A DNA stretch of 64,000 nt from Dehalococcoidia bacterium (GTDB lineage Bacteria; Chloroflexota; Dehalococcoidia; Lucifugimonadales; UBA2985), in contig DAOUKJ010000048.1 in NCBI GenBank assembly GCA_034421435.1, positions 1,240-65,239 of the forward strand, given 5' to 3'. The position numbers and the translations under genes are program-made. Each line of letters opens with the position of its first letter. The stretch's first letter is position 1. A model generated the notes under the pieces. The model worked only from the letters and a program-made list of their open reading frames with translations, had not been told where the DNA came from and searched no databases. This document shows, piece after piece, positions 28,499-35,822 of this stretch.

Positions 28499-28988
28499 AG
28501 TTGCCATGTACGCGCCTGTCGCGGAGTGGTTTCAGGCGTTTTTGAAGGGAAGATTGCCGAGGACTCTTGTTGAGGTTCACGACACCCATGCCATGCCTCT
28601 CAATGGCTACATAAGACGGCTCGGCCTATTTGATTACTTTGACTCAGATTTGTGGGAGACGTTCGATATACGCGTAGACGTCACCGCCTTCCTTTCGGGA
28701 AGAATCAAAGGCGTGGCATTTGTAGAGTGCAAGACTACCGCCATCTCTCTGAGCCATATTTCGCAGCTGTTGGGCTATTCCAGGGTCGCTTTGCCTCAGT
28801 TCTCATATCTCATCTCGAGCAGCGGCATCGGGGGGAATGTCAGATCTATCCTACAGAGCCACGGACGTGTCGACGTCTTGGAGTACGATTGGCCGCGAGG
28901 CAGCGAACCAAAAAGGTTAGTGCTTGCCAAATGGGACTCCATGACAAGGAGCCTCGACGCGACAACTATATTCCCTCCAGGTGCATAG
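28488..28988 (+). CDS. PD-(D/E)xK-like (restriction-endonuclease-fold) protein
   Basis: FDIRVDVTAF...GVAFVECKT gives a D...ExK arrangement. ATG 28488 overlaps the upstream stop (alternative ATG 28506). Confidence 0.5.
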   Translation: MSSEVAMYAPVAEWFQAFLKGRLPRTLVEVHDTHAMPLNGYIRRLGLFDYFDSDLWETFDIRVDVTAFLSGRIKGVAFVECKTTAISLSHISQLLGYSRVALPQFSYLISSSGIGGNVRSILQSHGRVDVLEYDWPRGSEPKRLVLAKWDSMTRSLDATTIFPPGA

Positions 28989-29048
28989 ACTTGAAGTCAT
29001 ACCGCCTCTCGGCGGCACTTCAGGGCCAGCGCGAAAGGCAGTCGCCCC

Positions 29049-29276
29049 TCAAGACACCCTATCAATCGTTACGCCGGGGAGATACAGCCTCACGTCCGCG
29101 CTGAAGCCGGAGGCCTGCTCGAAGTGCGGGAACAGGAACTCCAGACTGCTCCGCTCCCCGCTCACGCTGCGGCCGGAGGCGCCGCCGTAGTACCTGCCCG
29201 CCAAATCGACCAGGGCCGGGTCCAGCTCGCGGGAGCCTTGCGTGTCGCAGTAGGAAACCTCGACGAAGTGAGTCAA
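29049..29276 (-). CDS. Hypothetical protein (possibly a gene remnant)
   Basis: 75-aa ORF in native-composition DNA next to the islet-1 boundary. No recognisable family. Confidence 0.25.
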   Translation of the reverse strand: MTHFVEVSYCDTQGSRELDPALVDLAGRYYGGASGRSVSGERSSLEFLFPHFEQASGFSADVRLYLPGVTIDRVS

Positions 29277-29310
29277 GTCGTGCGATCCTCGAATGTCAGC
29301 TGCGAGCGGG

Positions 29311-29505
29311 TTACCATAGACTGCTGCCGGGAGGCGGTTCGGTTCGCTTCGCCATGCGTCGGTAGAGCGCGTAGAGCAGATGCGGAGCGATCAGGAGTAC
29401 CCAGAAGGTCAGCACTCCAATCCACCACTCAATCGCAATCCCGGCGACAAACCCGGATGGGAATGCGACCCAGAACCAGTACTTGCCAAAGCTCTTCGGC
29501 AGCAT
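29311..29505 (-). CDS. Small two-TM membrane protein
   Basis: 64 aa with two hydrophobic helices (YWFWVAFPSGFVAGIAI / IGVLTFWVLLIAPHLLYAL). It lies immediately downstream of the displaced thrS 3' fragment. Confidence 0.4.
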   Translation of the reverse strand: MLPKSFGKYWFWVAFPSGFVAGIAIEWWIGVLTFWVLLIAPHLLYALYRRMAKRTEPPPGSSLW

Positions 29506-29547
29506 GGCGCAATGATACGCTTGGGATGGGCGCTCGGCAAGCGCGCT

Positions 29548-29645
29548 TTAAGCCCGCGCGTCTATGGCCTCACGGATGAGGTCCGCGACGGCCGACAAGG
29601 CCGTGGGGCCGAGGTCGCTGCCATCGCGCAGGCGCACGGACACCG
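29548..29645 (-). pseudogene. Displaced duplicate of the thrS 3' end
   Basis: Encodes ...SVRLRDGSDLGPTALSAVADLIREAIDARA*, versus the ThrS C-terminus ...SVRLRDGSDLGPTAVSAVADLIREAIDARA*. Manual alignment of 29551-29645 against 31904-31998 gives 10 mismatches in 95 nt. Confidence 0.85.
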
Positions 29646-29701
29646 AATCTGACTCAGTTACCCAATCTAGAATGCCAAAGGCGAAGCGGTGAGTGGCAAA
29701 C

Positions 29702-31150
29702 CTAGCTGAAAAGCGACCGCTGCCTTGCAGGTTGGTATGATCGAAACACGCAACTTTGGCCCGAGTCAAACGCAGTCTTTGCGAGCAACATAGTACCACC
29801 GCCGCGACGCTTGATTTGCTGTGAACTCACGCTTCTGACCCATCCCAGACCAAATAATGGATGACTTACGCGCTGACCCTGATACACCTGGCGGTTTACA
29901 GAAAGCCGAACTACATCTCGCGTCTCAAACTGGTCCTGATTGTGATCAACATATAGGTCGTTGCCAGATGCCTCTCGGAGCGCAATTCTTGTTAACGCTT
30001 CCGCAACACGGAGAAAGTAACCATAATCCTGCATCGCGTTTGCCCATCTGTCGGGAATGGCCATCTGCCCCCTCCGCGCGCAAATCAGCCCACCTACCAT
30101 CGCAGCTATTGTGTCTGTGTCAGAACCGAGCATATTTACAGCCCTCACTATTGCCTTCTCGTAATTCCCCCCATGCCGGAGAAATACGCCAATGGCTGCG
30201 GCTACTGTTGCTGTTCCCGACCCCTTGGTCTTCGGATCCAGACACCCCATCTCCAGGTACAAATCTCCTAGGGAAGTTTCTAGCTTCGAAGCCTTGGACA
30301 GCAGGAACACCATTTCATTCTTGGTCTCCTCAAACAAGATGGCGAATGAACTCCCGGAATGTTGCTGCCACGACCGCATCCATTCTTGTATTGAGTCGGG
30401 AAGTGTCTCAAGACTTAGCCCAGTCACATAATCTTCTAGAGCGCCAAGGAACTCTTCGCTGCCTGATGATTCATCTCTGATAAGGGTGTGGAGGGCTTTT
30501 GCGTACACCAAGGCGCCTAGAATGGCCCGCGGGTGACCGTGGGTTACGATGGAGTTTTCCCATACAGCGCATGTCAACATAGTCTCGTCTCCTCTGTTGG
30601 CAAGTGCCAACGGAGAAACCCTCATCGCTGCGCCGTTTGCGCCAGCATCCATATAGCTGGTTTTCCTGCCTTTGCTCTCAAATGAGAAAAAATTGCTGTT
30701 CCAAGCAACCCTCTTTCTCGAGGCAGCCTTGGCGGCACGCGTGACGGTCGCACCAGCACCTCTAGCATAGGCAAGCCAATTCGGGAGTTCACGCTTGGCG
30801 AAGTGTTGCCCGTCAAAGGAACCATCTGGTCGTAAGGACCGCGCAGTGCTCAATGTGAGTTGCGTATCGTCCGAATAGTCCCCTGGTTGGATGTAGTCGA
30901 TGTAGGCGTTGAATCTGCCCCCGGTCAACTTCTCCCAAGGGATAAAGTCTCGAACCTCTTCAGCACCATGAAGTCTCTCGAGTTGAGCCTTAGTCTTGAT
31001 GAACTCCGTAGGCCAACCTAGGGCATCCGCGACTGCCGAGCCGAGCAAGACTCCCGAGAATCTGTCCCTTAGGTCATCGCAGGGCTCAAACTCATCAATA
31101 AGCTGATGACCTTCGTTCCACGCATTGGTCTCCAGCATGGGCCTCACCAC
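29702..31150 (-). CDS. ADP-ribosylglycohydrolase (ARH/DraG family) with an ~100-aa C-terminal extension
   Basis: DRFSGVLLGSAVADALGWPTEF, GDYSDDTQLTL and LGSDTDTIAAMVGGLICARRGQMAIPDRW are the ARH signatures. The C-terminal GQRVSHPLFGLGWV resembles a PcrA/UvrD Tudor-like motif. The start is GTG 31150 or ATG 31138 (preceded by GGTGAGG). Confidence 0.85.
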   Translation of the reverse strand: MVRPMLETNAWNEGHQLIDEFEPCDDLRDRFSGVLLGSAVADALGWPTEFIKTKAQLERLHGAEEVRDFIPWEKLTGGRFNAYIDYIQPGDYSDDTQLTLSTARSLRPDGSFDGQHFAKRELPNWLAYARGAGATVTRAAKAASRKRVAWNSNFFSFESKGRKTSYMDAGANGAAMRVSPLALANRGDETMLTCAVWENSIVTHGHPRAILGALVYAKALHTLIRDESSGSEEFLGALEDYVTGLSLETLPDSIQEWMRSWQQHSGSSFAILFEETKNEMVFLLSKASKLETSLGDLYLEMGCLDPKTKGSGTATVAAAIGVFLRHGGNYEKAIVRAVNMLGSDTDTIAAMVGGLICARRGQMAIPDRWANAMQDYGYFLRVAEALTRIALREASGNDLYVDHNQDQFETRDVVRLSVNRQVYQGQRVSHPLFGLGWVRSVSSQQIKRRGGGTMLLAKTAFDSGQSCVFRSYQPARQRSLFS

Positions 31151-31164
31151 CTTCCCTACATTTG

Positions 31165-31809
31165 CTAATACCTGCCTCTAAACTGGTTGGCACCAACCAA
31201 CAACCTATAGGACTCAGTAACGGCTCTTCCATCAGGTAAATTGACTCCCCAGAGTTCGTTCAGTGCGTAGTCTTTCGACTGCTCACTGTGAAAGAACATT
31301 AGGGGAATAAAGTATGCCAAGTCTATGCTGTGGGGAATCAAGATTTCACCCGGAGCTGGCGAAGGAAAATCGGTTGTTGAGTTTTGGAACATTGAATCGA
31401 ACACCCTAGCAGTATTGTTGCGGAGGAGGCTAGAAAGTGTAATTTCGTTATGGGAACTCCAGTCTGGTGAGAACAAGGTGCCATCACGCCAAAGGAGGCT
31501 TGGTTGAAGTTGAAGCAATACCTTGCTGTCAGAATCGTGTCTAGCCATGCCCCAAGGAGAGGCGAGCGAACAACAGATGTAATCCTTCAACTCTTCATCT
31601 TTCCCAGCCGCGCCCCAACTGCTCATGTCATAGGCAATTCCTGCCTGATCCATCTTGGCTCTACTCAACAAACCTCTCTTCGAGAAGATTGACTTCAGGT
31701 GATCTACACGACTCAAGTGCCAAAGTCGCTGAATCCGACGCCTCCGAACGATCGATTCAATGGCATCTGCGTCCGCGGAGCGTTCAAATGACCGATCTGC
31801 ATTCTCCAT
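31165..31809 (-). CDS. DarT-like (DUF4433-like) ADP-ribosyltransferase
   Basis: 214 aa. LWHLSRVDHLKSIFSKRGLLS, KDYICCSLASPWGM and GEILIPHSIDL parallel DarT (I)YH(I)TH..NL.SIL..G.L, DYVPFYF and AEFLV. This is motif-level recognition only. Confidence 0.55.
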   Translation of the reverse strand: MENADRSFERSADADAIESIVRRRRIQRLWHLSRVDHLKSIFSKRGLLSRAKMDQAGIAYDMSSWGAAGKDEELKDYICCSLASPWGMARHDSDSKVLLQLQPSLLWRDGTLFSPDWSSHNEITLSSLLRNNTARVFDSMFQNSTTDFPSPAPGEILIPHSIDLAYFIPLMFFHSEQSKDYALNELWGVNLPDGRAVTESYRLLVGANQFRGRY

Positions 31810-31900
31810 TCGAGAGTATTGTACAGGAAGCTGTCAATTGACTGGAGTTTCTCCTGACGCAATCCCCAATAGGATGAAATGCCTGAACTAACTCTACTCC

Positions 31901-33658
31901 TCACGCCCGCGCGTCTATGGCCTCGCGGATGAGGTCCGCCACGGCGGACACTGCCGTGGGGCCGAGGTCGCTGCCGTCTCGCAGGCGCACCGACGCCGTC
32001 TCCGCCTCCGCCTCCTTGTCGCCCACCACCAGCATGTACGGCACCTTCTGGAGCTGCGCGTGGCGTATCTTGGCGTTCATCCGCTCCGAGCGGTCGTCCA
32101 CGTCAACGCGGATGTTGTGCTGCTTGAGCCTCTGCGATACTTCTTGGGCGTAGTCGATGTGCCTGTCTGCGATCGGTATGACGACCGCCTGCACGGGCGC
32201 AAGCCACACCGGGAATGCCCCGGCGTAGTGCTCGATCAGCACGCCGAAGAACCGCTCCATCGACCCCAGCAGGGCTCTATGCACCATGTAGGGACGGTGC
32301 TCGCGGCCGTCCTCGCCCACGTAGGTCACGTCGAACCGCTCAGGCAGGTTGAAGTCGAACTGGATGGTGGTGCACTGCCACTCGCGGCCCAGTGCGTCCA
32401 CCATCTTCACGTCGATCTTGGGGCCGTAGAACACGGCGCCGCCCTCGTCCTCCTCGTAGGGTAGACCGCGGGAGCGGATCACGTCTCGCAGAGCCTCCGT
32501 CGCCATGTTCCAGTCCTCCAGGGAGCCGGCGAACTTGCCGCCCTCGTTGCGGGTGGACAGATAGACGTTGAACTCCTGGAACCCGAAGGCGTTCAGGAAG
32601 AATCGCATGAAGTCGACGCAGCCTTCAAGCTCGTCTCGAACCTGGTCAGGGCGGCAGAAGATGTGGGCGTCGTCCTGGGTGAATCCTCGGACGCGCAGGA
32701 GGCCGTGGAGCACACCGGAGCGCTCGTAGCGGTACACGGTGCCCAGCTCGCCCAGTCGGATGGGAAGCTCACGGTAGCTCCTGAGCGAGGTCTTGTATAT
32801 CTGGATGTGGAACGGGCAGTTCATGGGCTTCACGTAGTAGTCCTGGCCGTCCACGTCCATGGGCGAGTACATGTTCTCGGCGTAGAAGTCCAGGTGGCCG
32901 CTGGTTTCCCACAGCGTGGACTTGCCGATGTGAGGCGAATAGACCAGCTCGTAGCCGGCGCGGTAGTGCTCCCGGCGCCAGAAGTCCTCGATGACGCTGC
33001 GTATGCGGCCGCCCTTGGGGTGCCAGAACGCCAGCCCAGGCCCGTAGTCCTCGTGGAACGACAGCAGGTCGAGCTCGCGGCCCAGCCTGCGATGATCGCG
33101 GCGCTGCGCCTCCTCCAGGCGCGCCAGGTGGTCGTCGAGTGCGTCTGCGGTCTCGAATGCGGTGCCGTAGATGCGCTGCAGCATCGGGCGATGCTCGTCG
33201 CCGCGCCAGTATGCGCCGGCCACGTTCAGCAGCCTGTAGGCGCTGATCTTGCCCGTGGACGCCACGTGAGGCCCCTGGCACAGGTCGGCAAACTCACCGT
33301 GGCGGTAGATGCTGATAGTCTCATCCTCAGGCAGGTCTTCGATGATCTCCAGCTTGAAGGGCTGCTCCGCGAACATGCGAATGGCGTCCTCGCGGCTCAG
33401 CTCCTCGCGCACGAACGGCATGTCGCTGTCGATGGTCTGCCGGATGTGGTCATTGATGGCCTCCAAGTCCTCCGGGGTGAAGGGCCTGGAAACCTGGAAG
33501 TCGTAGTAGAAGCCGTCGGCGGTCGGCGGGCCGATGCCCAGCTTGGCGTCCGGGAACAGGCGCGTCACGGCGTCGGCCATGACGTGCGAGGCGGAGTGGC
33601 GCATCCGCTCGCGGAGTGCGTCTACCTCTGTATCTGCGTGTGCGTGCTGAATGCTCAT
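31901..33658 (-). CDS. thrS: Threonine--tRNA ligase (no N-terminal TGS domain)
   Basis: 585 aa beginning at the editing-domain HSASHVMADA...FYYDF region, followed by the class II core and anticodon-binding domain. Confidence 0.9.
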   Translation of the reverse strand: MSIQHAHADTEVDALRERMRHSASHVMADAVTRLFPDAKLGIGPPTADGFYYDFQVSRPFTPEDLEAINDHIRQTIDSDMPFVREELSREDAIRMFAEQPFKLEIIEDLPEDETISIYRHGEFADLCQGPHVASTGKISAYRLLNVAGAYWRGDEHRPMLQRIYGTAFETADALDDHLARLEEAQRRDHRRLGRELDLLSFHEDYGPGLAFWHPKGGRIRSVIEDFWRREHYRAGYELVYSPHIGKSTLWETSGHLDFYAENMYSPMDVDGQDYYVKPMNCPFHIQIYKTSLRSYRELPIRLGELGTVYRYERSGVLHGLLRVRGFTQDDAHIFCRPDQVRDELEGCVDFMRFFLNAFGFQEFNVYLSTRNEGGKFAGSLEDWNMATEALRDVIRSRGLPYEEDEGGAVFYGPKIDVKMVDALGREWQCTTIQFDFNLPERFDVTYVGEDGREHRPYMVHRALLGSMERFFGVLIEHYAGAFPVWLAPVQAVVIPIADRHIDYAQEVSQRLKQHNIRVDVDDRSERMNAKIRHAQLQKVPYMLVVGDKEAEAETASVRLRDGSDLGPTAVSAVADLIREAIDARA

Positions 33659-33800
33659 GACCGTGAAATACCCTTGGGTAGTCTACAGCCTGCCACATGG
33701 GCGGGCAAGTGGCGGCGGGAGGGGCCGAGTAGAGAGTAGCCGTTGGCTCGGTTCGCTTCTCTCGCACCGCTCCCGCTCGAACGCCTGCTATAATCGCGCC

Positions 33801-34493
33801 GTGGACATCCAATCGCTGCACCCGTGGGACGTCGACCAGCGCACCGCCGCAAGCATACAGCGTGACCTGGCAACCCGCGTCATCGTGCGTGACGAGGTCG
33901 CTACCGAGCCACGCTTTGTGGCCGGCGTGGACCTGTCGCCGCCGGACGCATCCGGCGAGGCCACGGCCGCCGCGGTGCTCCTGGAGCTGCCCGCGCTAAG
34001 TGTCGTCGAGGTGCGGCTGCACCGGGGCGGGCCCGCGTTCCCGTATGTGCCCGGCCTGCTCTCCTTCCGCGAGGCGCCTCTGGTTCTCGGCGCGCTGGCG
34101 ATGCTGTCCACAACGCCGGACGCAATACTCGTGGACGGCCACGGCATGGCGCATCCGCGCCGGTTCGGCCTGGCCTGCCACATCGGGCTGCTCACCGAGA
34201 CTGCCACCATCGGCTGCGCCAAGTCCATCCTCAGCGGCAGGCCGGACGGCAGCCCGGAGCCTGAGCGTGGGTCGCACGTGCCTCTCGTGGACCGCGGCGA
34301 GGTGGTGGGCGCGGCCGTTCGAACCCGGACCAACGTAAGCCCCATCTACGTGTCAGTGGGACACCGCACCAGCCTCGAGCGGGCCGTGGAGTTGACTCTC
34401 GCCTGCTGCAAGGGTTATCGTATGCCGGAACCCACGCGGCTGGCGCATCTCGCCGCCGCGGGACGCATTGAATCGGTGGGCGCTGGCACATAG
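33801..34493 (+). CDS. nfi: Endonuclease V
   Basis: FVAGVDLS...YVPGLLSFREAP...VDGHGMAHPRRFGLACHIG...GCAKS. I chose GTG 33801, 6 nt after TGCTATAAT, which would make the transcript leaderless. Confidence 0.8.
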   Translation: MDIQSLHPWDVDQRTAASIQRDLATRVIVRDEVATEPRFVAGVDLSPPDASGEATAAAVLLELPALSVVEVRLHRGGPAFPYVPGLLSFREAPLVLGALAMLSTTPDAILVDGHGMAHPRRFGLACHIGLLTETATIGCAKSILSGRPDGSPEPERGSHVPLVDRGEVVGAAVRTRTNVSPIYVSVGHRTSLERAVELTLACCKGYRMPEPTRLAHLAAAGRIESVGAGT

Positions 34494-34540
34494 GAGCCGC
34501 GTCCGGCTCGAACACGAACGACGGAGGAAGACGACCAACC

Positions 34541-35645
34541 ATGCAAGACCTCAGAGGCCGCTTCCAGGAACTCGGCGAGCGCATCTCACACATGATGGTG
34601 CGACTTTGACGTACTTGGCAAAGAGACAGAGATAACGAAGCTGGAGGCGGAGGCCTCCAATCCGCAGTTCTGGGACAACCCTCAGTCGGCGCAGGCCTCC
34701 ATGATACGGCTGGCCGACCTGAAGCAGGTTACACAGACCTGGCAGTCGCTCAGCACCCGCGCCTCGCAGGCACACGACCTACTGGAGCTCGCGCTTGAGG
34801 AGGGCGACACCTCCCTGGAGGAGACGCTACTCGGCGAGTTCGAGTCCATCTCGAAGGAGCTGAGCTCACGCGAGTTCACGCTCATCCTGTCCGACGAACA
34901 CGACCAGCGGGACGCGATACTGGCGATCCACGCGGGCGCCGGGGGCACGGAGTCGCAGGACTGGGCGCAGATGCTGCTGCGGATGTACCTGCGCTGGTCG
35001 GAGCGCGAGGGCTACGCAAGCAGTATCATGGACGTGTCGCCGGGGGACGAGGCGGGAATCAAGAGCGCGTACGTCAACGTCGCCGGGCGGTACGCGTATG
35101 GCTACCTGAAGGCAGACCGGGGCACGCACCGGCTCGTGCGGCTCTCGCCGTTCGACTCGGCGCACATGCGCCACACGTCGTTCGCGCTGGTGGAGGTGCT
35201 GCCGGAGGCGGAGGACCGCGTGGACGTGGACATCAACCAGGATGACCTCCGCATAGACGTGTTCCGGGCCAGCGGCCACGGCGGTCAGGCGGTTCAGAAG
35301 AACGCCACGGCAGTGCGTATCACCCATCTGCCTACCGGCATTGTGGTCAGCTGCCAAAACGAGCGGTCACAGTTCCAGAACCGCGAGTACGCCATGAAGG
35401 TGCTGCGAGCGCGCCTCATGGAGCTTGAGGTGAAGCGCAGGGCGGAAGAGCAGGCACGGTTGAAGGGCGAGCACGTCTCCGCCGAGTGGGGCAGCCAGAT
35501 CAGGAGCTACGTGCTGCACCCCTACAGGATGGTCAAGGACCACCGCAGCGGCTACGAGACCTCAGACACGGCCGCCGTGCTCGATGGCGATCTGAACCCG
35601 CTCTTAGAGGCGTACCTGCTATCCAGGGTGGGCCGGCAGGAGTAG
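34541..35645 (+). CDS. prfB: Peptide chain release factor 2, with programmed +1 frameshift
   Basis: Frame 0 runs from ATG 34541 (GGAGGA upstream) and gives MQDLRGRFQELGERISHMMVRL, ending at CTT TGA C (34604-34610). The +1 frame continues DVLGKETEITKLEAEA... and carries the SPF and GGQ motifs. Confidence 0.9.
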
Positions 35646-35773
35646 CGCCCGCGGCCATCTGTCGGTGACCATAGAGAAGCCTTCTTGATGCCTCCGACCT
35701 TCCCGCGCAGAGGGGAAAGGGACTCTGGATTGCGGCTTTCGCCGCAACGACGGTCGGGAGGCGGCCGCCAAAC

Positions 35774-35814
35774 CCTCTTCCCCCTTGATGGGGGAAGATT
35801 GAGATGGGGGTGAA
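35774..35814. repeat. 41-bp repeat with 8-bp-stem hairpin (copy 2)
   Basis: Identical to 10497-10537. It lies 9 nt beyond the stop of the minus-strand MFS gene, a terminator-like position. Confidence 0.8.
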
Positions 35815-35822
35815 ATGGCTTC

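Noticed and set aside
31818-31837. Sigma-70 promoter (TTGACA ... TACAAT) upstream of the DarT-like gene
   Set aside because: The two hexamers are only 8 nt apart, too close for a functional -35/-10 pair. TACAAT alone may serve as a -10, but that is not supportable from sequence.
26460-31900. Integrase, transposase or flanking tRNA that would define the islets as a classical genomic island
   Set aside because: No ORF on either strand shows tyrosine/serine recombinase or DDE motifs, and I could not find a tRNA-like cloverleaf. The only mobility signature is the thrS 3'-end direct repeat.
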